From positions 416,001 to 480,000 of the forward strand of contig JAYFMW010000003.1 in NCBI GenBank assembly GCA_042408215.1: DNA of 64,000 bases, given 5' to 3'. A model generated the notes under the pieces. That model saw only the letters and a list, made by a program, of their open reading frames with translations. It ran no database searches and was not told the origin of the DNA. Each line of letters opens with the position of its first letter. The first letter of the stretch is position 1. The stretch comes from Microcoleus sp. (lineage in GTDB: Bacteria > Cyanobacteriota > Cyanobacteriia > Cyanobacteriales > Microcoleaceae). This document shows positions 32,030-41,297 of this stretch, one piece after another. The position numbers and the translations under genes were made by a program.

Positions 32030-32187
32030 AGGGTTATTGTTGGAGGTAGTTGAATTAGAAATTGTTGACTATTTATTGGCGTGTTGATGTATCATTGGGG
32101 CAAGCCGAGTTTGCTTTTTACAAGGCGACTGCTAGAAGCGATCGAGGGTTCGACGTTCGATCGCTTTTAGTTTTTGGATTTTGGATT

Positions 32188-32685
32188 TTAGACTTCGACT
32201 ATAAAGGAGCTGCTGTTAGAGTTTTCGCGCAAGGCTTCTGCCATTCGCTCGACAGATTTTTCTATATCGTCCGAGGACATTCGCCCGAATTCGGCTTGAC
32301 CTATGGCTGCGACGTGTGACGCGGCTTGCTCGAAGTCGCAGTCAAAAATACTTGCTAGCATCTTAATCGCCACGGTGGAAGTAATCCCAGTAGAGACGAT
32401 CACGCACTTCTCTTGTCTTGATAGGTCAGTTAAGCCGATCGCCCGCGGCGCATCCTCTTCATCATCGCTGTCGGGAACGATGCGAATCGACTGCAAATTC
32501 AAGTCGCAACTGTCCAAGAGGTCGGAGAGCGTCTCCCGCAATTCAGTCAACGCGCGGTAATGCCCCTGGACTTTCAGGATGAGGTTCGACACGTTGAAAT
32601 CAATCTCGACAATCTCCCCCTTCATGGCATCGTCAAGCGGCGGCAGTGCGGAATGTTTGAATGTGTAGATGTTTGGATGTTCCAT
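32188..32685 (-). CDS. Hypothetical acidic protein
   Basis: 165-aa ORF with natural composition. Confidence 0.7.
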   Translation of the reverse strand: MEHPNIYTFKHSALPPLDDAMKGEIVEIDFNVSNLILKVQGHYRALTELRETLSDLLDSCDLNLQSIRIVPDSDDEEDAPRAIGLTDLSRQEKCVIVSTGITSTVAIKMLASIFDCDFEQAASHVAAIGQAEFGRMSSDDIEKSVERMAEALRENSNSSSFIVEV

Positions 32686-32774
32686 TGTTGTTAATAGGTG
32701 GTAGGAAGCGATCGCCTAGCTCGAAGGCGATCGCGCTGGAAGCAGATGATGGAAGTCGAATTAGCGGAGGACTG

Positions 32775-33611
32775 CTACATCGCATCACCTCCGCTAGGGG
32801 GCGAGCGAGCGCTCGACTCCGCGCCTGCAAATCCAAGCAGGTAACTGTCAATCAGTCCGTCGTCACAAAACGGGATAGCAGCGAACCGGCCAGCCGATCG
32901 CCTGGATTGGACTGCTTCTAACGGCTTCTGCTGCAAGCCGACTTTGCCCAGTGTGGCAAACCAATCGATCGCGCGGTTGTGGCTGAAGGCATCCGGCGAA
33001 GGTGTCGGAACTTTTTCCGGGGGGTCTAACAAGTCCGACAAGAACCAATCACCAGGAACGAGCAGCCGCCAAATCTCGTAGAGCGTCTTGAACGTTCGCG
33101 ACCTGCTACCAAGACTCAGAACCCATCCCCCGGTGACGGATTTACATAAATCTAGGCAGGCAGCGCGCGCCAATCTGAATACCCGAATGAAGCTGCATTT
33201 TTGCACCGGGGTGATGTCCTTTGCCTCGTAAATTGTCTGTTTGTACGATCGCACTTGCTCCATTAATTCCTGATTCTCGGCGCGCAGCCGCGCGATCTCT
33301 GCCAGCACAGCATCCAGTTCGGAGGGTTCGATTTGTTCCGAAGCGCGATCGGCATCGAGGGATTTTTCGATCGGCTCCAGGGCTTGAATAATTTCGACAC
33401 CGGGGGGAGTTTCGATCGGCTGATTGTCGCAAAGTGCGATCGGCTCCTGGGCTTGAAAAATCGGGAACGGCTGACCGACAAGCGCGGCAACCCAAGTCTC
33501 GCGGCGAGTCTTGTTGCCGTCGGGCGTAATTCCTAATTCCTGCGCGATCTCTTTGAGCTCCGGCAGTAGGTGTTTGTCTAGTAGTTCGCGGGTGTAGATG
33601 TGTAGATCCAT
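32775..33611 (-). CDS. Hypothetical protein with an N-terminal Rho-N/HEH-like motif and a coiled coil
   Basis: LPELKEIAQELGI..GNK; coiled coil AEIARLRAENQEL; start placed at MDLHIY. Confidence 0.7.
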   Translation of the reverse strand: MDLHIYTRELLDKHLLPELKEIAQELGITPDGNKTRRETWVAALVGQPFPIFQAQEPIALCDNQPIETPPGVEIIQALEPIEKSLDADRASEQIEPSELDAVLAEIARLRAENQELMEQVRSYKQTIYEAKDITPVQKCSFIRVFRLARAACLDLCKSVTGGWVLSLGSRSRTFKTLYEIWRLLVPGDWFLSDLLDPPEKVPTPSPDAFSHNRAIDWFATLGKVGLQQKPLEAVQSRRSAGRFAAIPFCDDGLIDSYLLGFAGAESSARSPPSGGDAM

Positions 33612-33752
33612 GATTTTGAAGAAAGGGGCGAGTATGCAGTCCCGCCCCGTCTCGTTGGGGTATGCAGGCAATCTATGGGAGATTTAACGCAGAGGTTCTG
33701 CAAAACCAAGCATTCACGCGGCTGAGCCGAATCCCTTTGTTGTATCTACCTT

Positions 33753-33800
33753 TCCATACTTTAGTATAGACATATTTATTTGTCAACACTAAAGTATGGA
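33753..33800. promoter_or_regulatory. Overlapping divergent sigma70-type promoters within a 13-bp perfect inverted repeat (operator/switch)
   Basis: TCCATACTTTAGT...ACTAAAGTATGGA; + strand TAGACA-17-TAAAGT, - strand TTGACA-17-TAAAGT. Confidence 0.7.
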
Positions 33801-33812
33801 TTCTATAGTAAA

Positions 33813-34166
33813 ATGAATCCAGACACAGGTAACGAGAAAAAAGAGACCTTGAAAAACTTAATTGAAGCGGCGGGTACAACTCAACGCCAGTTAAGTAGGG
33901 ATACCAGTATTGCCGAAGTGACGATTAACACTTGGGCGGCTGGCCGTAAAATACCCCGACTTGACAATGCTGCTTTGGTTGCCAGCCAGTTGGGAGTTTC
34001 GTTGAAAACTTTGGCGAAATCGATGCACCTTGATGTAGTGGCTATCCCCGGCGACTATAGCCTGGTCGAACTCAAGGCAATTGCCGCCGAGTTAGGGATC
34101 GAAAGGGTGGAGGACTTGCCCGAAGACTATCAAGCTCTGAGGCGGATGCGCGATCGGCAAAACTGA
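33813..34166 (+). CDS. XRE/Cro-family HTH transcriptional regulator
   Basis: TQRQLS..TSIAEVTINTWAAGRKIPRL..A..VA..LGVSL. Confidence 0.85.
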   Translation: MNPDTGNEKKETLKNLIEAAGTTQRQLSRDTSIAEVTINTWAAGRKIPRLDNAALVASQLGVSLKTLAKSMHLDVVAIPGDYSLVELKAIAAELGIERVEDLPEDYQALRRMRDRQN

Positions 34167-34246
34167 CGCGCTCCCAAAATACCGCTACACATAAAAGCTT
34201 CTCCCATGAGAGTCGTATTTATGTGTAGCCCTACAAAGTAGAAACC

Positions 34247-34897
34247 ATGAAGCAACTCACGCTGTTTGACGCCCTACCTGTCGAAAGCAGTATCAAACCG
34301 GGGAACTGGGTGAAGCTGCGGCGCAAGAGCAATAATGCCGCCTATTGGAAGAAAGGAGAGATCGTTCGGGTCGAGTCTGTCCATCCCTCGGATGGCAGTA
34401 TTAGATTTTGGAACGAGAGAACTGAAGGCTGGGGGTATCTGTATCCCGACCAGATTGTACTGGTGCCGCTACCCGCTGATTCTGTATCAAGTGCGATCGC
34501 CTTTGATACAGAATCAACACCCGAGTCCGTTGATACAGAATCAACACCCGAGTCCGTTGATACAGAATCAAAACCAGAGCCCGCAGGAATTGATTCTGTA
34601 TCAGAGCCGATCGCCCTTGATACAGAATCAAAACCAGAGTCCGTTGAAATTGATTCTGTATCAGGGCCCGTCAGCACCTACTCCCCCAAAGGAACGGCCC
34701 GCTGCGGGGAACTGAAATACTTTCGATTCAGCTACCGCTGCGGAAAAAAAATGAAACACGTCCACATTCCCGGCGGGTGTACTCGCGTCTTGCTCGCTCA
34801 GCAAAGAGCAGCCGAAGTGATGGAACTTTCGGCCGCTGGAGTTCCGGCAGTCGAGATTTGCGATCGCATCAAGCAGTGGAGCGGCAAAGTTACCTAG
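34247..34897 (+). CDS. Hypothetical protein: SH3/KOW-like N-terminus, repeat linker, basic C-terminal domain (YFRFSYR..HVHIPGG)
   Basis: MKQLTLFD start; internal DTES repeats; basic putative DNA-binding tail. Confidence 0.7.
   Translation: MKQLTLFDALPVESSIKPGNWVKLRRKSNNAAYWKKGEIVRVESVHPSDGSIRFWNERTEGWGYLYPDQIVLVPLPADSVSSAIAFDTESTPESVDTESTPESVDTESKPEPAGIDSVSEPIALDTESKPESVEIDSVSGPVSTYSPKGTARCGELKYFRFSYRCGKKMKHVHIPGGCTRVLLAQQRAAEVMELSAAGVPAVEICDRIKQWSGKVT
34477..34663. repeat. Seven copies of TGATACAGAATCA in both orientations inside the CDS
   Basis: Forward at 34504, 34531, 34558, 34618; reverse at 34477, 34590, 34650. Confidence 0.9.
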
Positions 34898-35396
34898 AAA
34901 TCGAATGCACCCAGAACTGGCCGTCGTAGGCGCAAGTCCGGCGAACGAGCTCGTAAGAATAGTGCAGCCCCGCGCCGCTGACGCTCGTGTCGTAACCGCC
35001 TGCAAAGTATTCGCCGTAGGGGTCGTTAACAATCAGCCCGGTTTCGTCGTACCCGCGCCCGACGATGATGTGGCCCGACCGGGTGAACATCCCGTGAACG
35101 ATGACGGGGTTGTTGTTGTCGAGCGACTGTTGGATGCCCTCGATCGATCCGTACCACGTAAAGTCATCCTTGCAGCCGTAAGCGCGGACGACCTTTGCCA
35201 AGTCCTCTGCCGAATGCCGGCTCAATTTCTGGCCGCGGACGTACTCGAACAGCTCGTCTTCAAGTTGCCATGCCGAATTTTTCGACCTAATGCCGTGGTA
35301 ATCCAAACACATCGCTACCGAGGTTAAATTGCACGTTCCTTCGGGGTGGTATACATTGTCTAATTGAGAAAAGTGCCTCACGCTCAATACTTTCAT
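34890..35396 (-). CDS. C39-like cysteine peptidase (possible cell-wall hydrolase)
   Basis: SQLDN..GTCNLTSVAM, GHIIV, VNDPYG (Cys-His-Asp). Confidence 0.88.
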   Translation of the reverse strand: MKVLSVRHFSQLDNVYHPEGTCNLTSVAMCLDYHGIRSKNSAWQLEDELFEYVRGQKLSRHSAEDLAKVVRAYGCKDDFTWYGSIEGIQQSLDNNNPVIVHGMFTRSGHIIVGRGYDETGLIVNDPYGEYFAGGYDTSVSGAGLHYSYELVRRTCAYDGQFWVHSISR

Positions 35397-35581
35397 CCTT
35401 GCCTCCTAGGAGATGGAGCCAGCAAACCAATCAGCGCGCCGTTGCATCCGGTAGCCAAATAAATCAATTCTTGCGGGACTCTCTTGTCTTGTGCAGCCAA
35501 AGAAATCCCCCCCACTGTCACCGCCGAAGAAATCGCACACAGCGAACCAACAATCATCCGATACGACCAAACATCAAGCAT
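35393..35581 (-). CDS. Small two-TM membrane protein (holin-like)
   Basis: Two hydrophobic segments; stop overlaps the peptidase start (ATGA). Confidence 0.6.
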   Translation of the reverse strand: MLDVWSYRMIVGSLCAISSAVTVGGISLAAQDKRVPQELIYLATGCNGALIGLLAPSPRRQG

Positions 35582-35594
35582 CGCAACTATTCAC

Positions 35595-35876
35595 CTAAAA
35601 CCCAGTTTTTTCGTTATCGTATTCTTTCAACAAATCTTCTTCGATCTCGTTGATAGTCCCCCGCAAGTGATACCCGTGCTCCAAGTTTAAGAATTTTTGC
35701 ACGTCTCGAACTTCCGCCCGCAATCCGATAAAAAGCGCCTTCAAAACAGTCAGCTTTCGTTGAATAGTGGCAAGCAGTCCCAGCACGCCTCGGGTCACGT
35801 TCCAGAGCGCAATAGTGCTAACCAGAAAGGCGAAGACCGAAGACAAGTTAGAAATAATTTCGCTGGCATATTTCAT
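35595..35876 (-). CDS. Small membrane-anchored/coiled-coil protein
   Basis: N-terminal TM; tightly packed in the operon. Confidence 0.65.
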   Translation of the reverse strand: MKYASEIISNLSSVFAFLVSTIALWNVTRGVLGLLATIQRKLTVLKALFIGLRAEVRDVQKFLNLEHGYHLRGTINEIEEDLLKEYDNEKTGF

Positions 35877-35877
35877 C

Positions 35878-36210
35878 TCACGTATAGTTCTCTATTTGAA
35901 TTTCATATAATTCTATCCACCGCTTCGGATAGAACTTGAGAGAGTAATATTCCTCGCCCTCAAACTCGGTAAATCGAATCAGCTTGCAAGCATTGAGCGG
36001 CAAAATAACGCTGGCCCCCTCAACGTCAAATCCCGCTACTGGATCGAAAATCTGCACCAACTCCCCGGCGACGCGCCAAGGAGTCGGCGCATCCGGTGAA
36101 GATATCCGAACTCTTGCTACAGGCCAAGTCAGACTCCCCGGAATGTAAACCGGCTCGACTGGATCGCTTGCCTTCCGATGAAATTGACTCGAAAAAATCG
36201 CCGTCCACAT
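35878..36210 (-). CDS. Small beta-rich hypothetical protein
   Basis: 110 aa, alternating hydrophobic pattern; coupled to the upstream fragment by TAATG. Confidence 0.7.
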   Translation of the reverse strand: MWTAIFSSQFHRKASDPVEPVYIPGSLTWPVARVRISSPDAPTPWRVAGELVQIFDPVAGFDVEGASVILPLNACKLIRFTEFEGEEYYSLKFYPKRWIELYEIQIENYT

Positions 36211-36323
36211 TATTCAGACTTAAATAACTTAAGCGCTTTCAGTTTTTCAGGTTCTTTGAAGTTCGTATCGATATTTACTCTCGTGCCGCTCTCAAGAATG
36301 AAATAAGTAGGTTTTCGATTTTC
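36210..36323 (-). pseudogene. 3' fragment of a gene cut by the IS605
   Basis: Open frame ENRKPTYFILESGTRVNIDTNFKEPEKLKALKLFKSE*, whose stop overlaps the next ATG. Confidence 0.55.
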
Positions 36324-36359
36324 TTGACATACTCCCCGGCGTAAACGCGCGGGGATTCT

Positions 36360-37520
36360 TTACGCTTCATCGACTGATGCTACCGAAATAGTCTTACTCT
36401 GTCTCAGCGTACATTTAAGGTCGTGCCGATGCCCCATGCCGACCATTTCTATATTCCTAGCAGCGTTTTCATCTCTATCTTGCTCGGTGCCACAACTCAA
36501 ACAAAGCACTGAGCGAATAGACAAATCAATTTTCCCCCACTTAAAACCACAGTCTGAGCAGACCTGGCTAGTTGGCTCCCATCTACTAATTACTTTGAAT
36601 TCTCTGCCCAACTTTTCGGACTTAGCCTCGCACAAAGTTCGGAATTCGTACCATCCTTGCTGACTAATTGCTCTTGAAAGTTTCCGGTTCTTAACCATGC
36701 CCGATACATTGAGGTCTTCCCAAATAATCACTTGGTTTTCGTTAACTATTTTGGTCGATAATTTGTGCAGGAAGTCTTGGCGGGTATCGGCAATCTGATT
36801 GTGCAGTTTGGCAATTCTGATTCGAGTTACACTTCTTCTCCTAGAGTCATGAGGTTGACGAGCTAATTTGCGTTGCAGTTTGCGAACTTTCCGATCTAAC
36901 TTTTTATAACTAGGGCTTTCAGCTTTCTCGCCATTGCTCATCACCGCAAAGGTTTTGATTCCTAGGTCGATTCCAATGCTAGGGTTTTTAGCCTCAGCCT
37001 GAATTGGTTGAACCTCTATAACAAAACTCAAGAAATAACGATTTGCACAATCCTTGATTACCGTGACGGAGCTAGGTTCAGAGGGTAGCTCCCTCGACCA
37101 AATTGGGCTGACAATTCCAATCTTGGCTAAGTAAATACCACGATGTTTAAATGAGAATCCTCCAACTCTAAAACGTGCCGATTGACTGCCAGTTCTTTTT
37201 TTGAACTTAGGATATCCGACTTTACGTCCTTTTCTCTTTCCCTTGCAGGAGTTAAAAAAGTTTTTGAAAGCAACATCTAAGTCGGCAACAGACTGTTGTA
37301 ATGGGACGCACGACACCTCTCCTAGCCAAGCCCTTTCTTCAGTATTCTTAGCCTGAGTAATGACGATTTTTTGCAAATCTGCCGAACTTGGCTTTTTATC
37401 TGACTGCTTGCAGAGTGCAAGCGCATCGTTCCAGACCACTCGGACGCAGCCAAACAACCGAGCTAGGCTCTGCTGTTGTTGGCTGGTTGGGTAAAATCTG
37501 TAGCGATATCTTGCTTTCAT
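36360..37520 (-). CDS. tnpB: TnpB
   Basis: GIDLG, WEDLN, CSDC..CLSC, DRDENAA. Confidence 0.93.
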   Translation of the reverse strand: MKARYRYRFYPTSQQQQSLARLFGCVRVVWNDALALCKQSDKKPSSADLQKIVITQAKNTEERAWLGEVSCVPLQQSVADLDVAFKNFFNSCKGKRKGRKVGYPKFKKRTGSQSARFRVGGFSFKHRGIYLAKIGIVSPIWSRELPSEPSSVTVIKDCANRYFLSFVIEVQPIQAEAKNPSIGIDLGIKTFAVMSNGEKAESPSYKKLDRKVRKLQRKLARQPHDSRRRSVTRIRIAKLHNQIADTRQDFLHKLSTKIVNENQVIIWEDLNVSGMVKNRKLSRAISQQGWYEFRTLCEAKSEKLGREFKVISRWEPTSQVCSDCGFKWGKIDLSIRSVLCLSCGTEQDRDENAARNIEMVGMGHRHDLKCTLRQSKTISVASVDEA

Positions 37521-37569
37521 GGTTGTGCTAAGATTGGTCTGCCACTAAATTATATCTTGGTTTCCAGAA

Positions 37570-37967
37570 ATGACAACTTTTATCGCCGATAACGCCATTC
37601 TGTTACAGAACTTAAAATACACTTGGTCTGTGTAACAAAGTACCGTCGGTCTGTATTTACGGGTGAAAGCCTTGATTTGATTGAAAAATCGTTTCGAGAG
37701 GTTGCTGAAAAAATGAATTTTCAGGTTCTAGAGTTTAATGGTGAAGGTAATCACGTTCATGGGCTGATTGAGTATCCGCCTAAACTTTCTATTTCTCAAA
37801 TAGTGAATGCTTTGAAAGGAGTTTCTAGCCGTCGGTACGGACAGGCTGTACACAAAAAACCCCACAAAGAAGCTTTATGGAGTCCTAGCTATTTTGCGGT
37901 TTCTGTAGGCGGTGCACCTTTGGAAGTATTGAAGGAATATATTAGAAATCAAGAAAAGCCGTCCTAA
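37570..37967 (+). pseudogene. tnpA: IS200-type Y1 transposase with a damaged 5' end
   Basis: HLVCVTKYRR, NHVH, LWSPSYF..GGAP..KEYI; ATG at 37570 is out of frame, with an in-frame TAA nearby. Confidence 0.8.
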
Positions 37968-37996
37968 AAGGACGGGGCTTGTATCCCATTTTCTTG

Positions 37997-38374
37997 GTCA
38001 AAATCACCACCGGTATTAAATGGGTTGCGGGTACGTGGTACGCGATACCCGGGCTTGTTATTCCTTTTGCGTTGGGAGAGGTACGATCGTACTACCTGGC
38101 TGTAAATTATCAATACAGCGAAGTGACGAATACTTACAACCACTGGCAAATGGGCGGTCATTGCTTCTTGCCAGGCGGTATAGGCTGGAAAGCTGCCGGA
38201 ACGCCGGCCGAAGTTGTCATGACGCTCCAGCATCACCACGGTAGCGATAGCAGCGCTCTTACTTTTAGATCGCCGGCTGGGAGTGGAGATAGAGGTCTAG
38301 AAGTTAAGCCTAATTTTGACATAACAATCAGCGGCTTAGGGTTTATAGAATTTGCTCTCAAGCGTTTTGGATGA
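37997..38374 (+). pseudogene. 3' fragment of a beta-rich protein lacking its own start
   Basis: Natural-looking aromatic/Gly-rich text starts exactly at the IS boundary; the ORF-track start lies inside the IS end. Confidence 0.55.
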
Positions 38375-38424
38375 CTTGCTCAAAATCGTTCAAAGAGTAG
38401 AGGCAAAGAGATAGATAATAGAAC

Positions 38425-40086
38425 ATGAGTAAGATTTCATTCGACACAGAAAACCAGGAAATTCAAGTAACCCGAAGCATCGGGAAAAATGGGGATGGAA
38501 AAATTACCATCAACAGAGAAGGAGGTGCAATTGAGATTAATTTAGGGATTGCATCAATTGGAGCGACAGCCGAGTACGGCGGCGCTATATCTCTCGGCAT
38601 TGCGGGGCAAGAGGTCACTTGGGGGAGAGAGGGAGGCACTATCCATATCGGAATTGGCGGCTTTGCTGTGGACGTAGAGGCAAAAGATTGCATTATCACG
38701 GAAACAAAATCTATTTTCGGGCAAATCGTCGCGCAGCGAAGTTACCCCGACCCGGGGTGTAAATTACCCGATCCGCCAACTCCAACACCAACTCCAACCC
38801 CAACACCAACACCCGCGCTTAATGCAGTAGAAGTTCCCGATACTGAGACCGAAGGTTGGGTATTTGTTCATGTGAGATATTACGGAGGACGACTCTCGGT
38901 CGGGTCTCCATATCCGGCGCCGGAGAGATTTGAGGATCGTTATATCGTAAGTCCTGTTGATGAATTTAGGTCTGCGTGGGTCAAGGCAGCTCCTTTTGAT
39001 ATCGACATTATGACTCTATATCCACCGCCGAAACGGACGCTAATAAAAAAAGGCACAACACTGTGGATGCACTATATCGAGGTTAAAGATGCTAGCTGGA
39101 AAGGAGGCGGAGGCTATTCCCAAGTACCTACGCTTGCCATGCAAAATGCGGTTAGTGTTTACTTCACCTCAGACACTAGCCCGTTGTTTTTCTGGGGGCG
39201 CTTTAGCGATATCCGTAAATTTTTAAGGATTAAAAACGAGCAAAATGCTATCAAAGGAGCGCAGCTAGACAAGTACGGTATTCCCCCCGCCCTCCATGAA
39301 TGGATACCATACGCTTGTATCCCCTTTAGAGGGCCATTAGACAATCCCAAACCTAAACCTCTCTTACCCACAGGAAACAAACCACCCGTGAACGATTGCT
39401 GTGAAGAAATTTTGGACATATTAGAAGATATCAAGGAAGCCTACGCGGTAGACCGCATTTTAAAAGACAAATTTCCGGTATCGAATACATTTATGGCCCC
39501 GGAATGCGATCCGGCGGCTACCACGGAGGCGACAAATTTTTATGAAATTTTGCAGTGTCTGTTTCGGATGCTCTCGCACGGTTTGATTTTTGAACCGCGC
39601 GTGTCAATCAAAGACGCTGACGCTGCCAAAGCCGGCGACCAAGAATGTAAGACGCGGTACCTCAACGCGACGGGCTGGGCATCGGCAGTATCGGAAGCGT
39701 TAATGGAAGTAAAAGACGACGGTAACGTGTCTACAAATATGGACATTAGAAGCGGTTTTGCAGCTACTCAAACAATGGTTGGCGTAGCAGATGCGCTCAC
39801 CAAATTAGATGCAATTCTCGACTGCATGGGTTTAACCCTAATGCCTAAAGTGGAGTCGATTCAAACGCCTTACAACTGCTTTATTAAGATAGGTAAAGGA
39901 TTTGGCGAAGGCAACGAGCGGCAAATTGACTTAAACCAAGATGAGGCGACAGAGAAATTATTGCCCGACTTCTTGCAGACTAAAATCAACAAAATTAAAA
40001 CAGTTGCAATTCACCCCAGGATCGAAACTATTTTAGACATTTTGCAAAGGATAGAATCAAACTTACCGCCGCAAAGCAATGGTTAA
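38425..40086 (+). CDS. Large hypothetical protein (Gly-rich beta N-terminus, PT linker, helical C-terminus); possible virion/attachment protein
   Basis: 553-aa ORF, first of four closely coupled genes. Confidence 0.75.
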   Translation: MSKISFDTENQEIQVTRSIGKNGDGKITINREGGAIEINLGIASIGATAEYGGAISLGIAGQEVTWGREGGTIHIGIGGFAVDVEAKDCIITETKSIFGQIVAQRSYPDPGCKLPDPPTPTPTPTPTPTPALNAVEVPDTETEGWVFVHVRYYGGRLSVGSPYPAPERFEDRYIVSPVDEFRSAWVKAAPFDIDIMTLYPPPKRTLIKKGTTLWMHYIEVKDASWKGGGGYSQVPTLAMQNAVSVYFTSDTSPLFFWGRFSDIRKFLRIKNEQNAIKGAQLDKYGIPPALHEWIPYACIPFRGPLDNPKPKPLLPTGNKPPVNDCCEEILDILEDIKEAYAVDRILKDKFPVSNTFMAPECDPAATTEATNFYEILQCLFRMLSHGLIFEPRVSIKDADAAKAGDQECKTRYLNATGWASAVSEALMEVKDDGNVSTNMDIRSGFAATQTMVGVADALTKLDAILDCMGLTLMPKVESIQTPYNCFIKIGKGFGEGNERQIDLNQDEATEKLLPDFLQTKINKIKTVAIHPRIETILDILQRIESNLPPQSNG

Positions 40087-40342
40087 ACAATCGGCAGTTA
40101 CTCAGGCTGATATTAAGGTATTTATCGCGCGCCAAGTGAAAGACGATGTAAGGCAACTCCGGCGCGAGCGCGCGCTAGAGCGGATTAACGTTTTAAAAGC
40201 CGTCGGCGTCGGCCACATGGACAATTATATAGACGAGTGGGAACAAGACTTTGCCAACTCCACCACCTCGCCCAAGTCGCCGGAACCCAAAAATAAGAAG
40301 CTCAAGAAAATCACTAGCGTAAGACGGGATGTAAGACGATGA
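40079..40342 (+). CDS. Hypothetical protein
   Basis: Overlaps both neighbours. Confidence 0.65.
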   Translation: MVKQSAVTQADIKVFIARQVKDDVRQLRRERALERINVLKAVGVGHMDNYIDEWEQDFANSTTSPKSPEPKNKKLKKITSVRRDVRR

Positions 40343-41280
40343 ACCCACAGGCCGGCGTTACAGTTGAAAATTCTAGCCTCGCAATCACTCTCGGCGTCAA
40401 GCTGGGGAGTTGGTTTCAGGGCATAGGCAGCCAAATCGGCAACATACTTTCAAGGGGCCTTTTAAATGTAAAAAGCCTTTTGAGTAACATGGTCAACGGC
40501 ACGAAAGAGCTGTTCGGCGCGATCGCCCGAGGCGACTGGAACATCTTTAAAAACTGGCTCAAAGAAGATCCTGTTGCGGTCACTGCCGGCGCTGTCGCCG
40601 TGCTACTAATCGGTGGCATCGTCGTCGGCGCTGTCGCCGGAGGAGTGGCTGCAATTGCCACTGCTGTCGCTGGTGCTGGAACAGTTGGCGGCATAACACT
40701 GGCCGGCATTATGCCCTCGCTGGTACAGGGAGCTGTCTCTGTCGGCGAGACAATCTATAACTTTGATTTCAACAAATCAGACGATCAATTATTGAAAGAG
40801 CTCAATCAAGGTTTTATCAACTTTGTGGGCGTAGCGGGCGAGTCGCTCGGGCGATCGCTTGCCAATTTCATCATTGGGGGCGACAAACTGCCGAAACTGC
40901 GGATAGACCGAAACGCGATGCGGACTATGTTTCTGGTACTTGAAGACGAATCGGAGACGGGCGAGGAAATTTTGCAGGAACTCAGCACGATCGGCTGGGC
41001 GATATTCAAGTTGGCGAGGCAAGCTTTGTTTGCTGCGGGATTTATCAATTTTAGGAAATGGGCTAAGCAGAACGTCAAGAGCGGCATCCCGTGGATTGAC
41101 AAAGCTATTGCCTCCTGGGGAACCGGCAAACCGCTAATTTTGAGCGAAGAAATTAACGAATTCGTGCAAACAGTCGAGGAAGGTAACGTCGCATTGGGCA
41201 ACTTCTTAGAAAATATTCTCGAAGGCTTCGGCGGCGGCACTAAGGAAGCCGTGATTCGGCGGTTTGTAGTTTATAGCTAA
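40339..41280 (+). CDS. Hypothetical membrane protein with a long Gly/Ala hydrophobic segment
   Basis: VAVTAGAVAVLLIGGIVVGAVAGGVAAIATAVAGAG; ATGA overlap. Confidence 0.75.
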   Translation: MNPQAGVTVENSSLAITLGVKLGSWFQGIGSQIGNILSRGLLNVKSLLSNMVNGTKELFGAIARGDWNIFKNWLKEDPVAVTAGAVAVLLIGGIVVGAVAGGVAAIATAVAGAGTVGGITLAGIMPSLVQGAVSVGETIYNFDFNKSDDQLLKELNQGFINFVGVAGESLGRSLANFIIGGDKLPKLRIDRNAMRTMFLVLEDESETGEEILQELSTIGWAIFKLARQALFAAGFINFRKWAKQNVKSGIPWIDKAIASWGTGKPLILSEEINEFVQTVEEGNVALGNFLENILEGFGGGTKEAVIRRFVVYS

Positions 41281-41297
41281 ATGCTGCGAAACCAGAA

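Larger units (their letters stand above)
36324..37996 (-). mobile_element. IS605-type element with divergent tnpB and tnpA
   Basis: TGAC target motif, left-end hairpin GCCCCGTCCTTTTAGGACGG, right end GGGGAGTATGTCAA. Confidence 0.88.

Noticed and set aside
37964..38239. Minus-strand ORF that joins in frame with 36210-36323 after IS removal
   Set aside because: Reads like antisense of the more protein-like plus-strand frame; not fully excluded.
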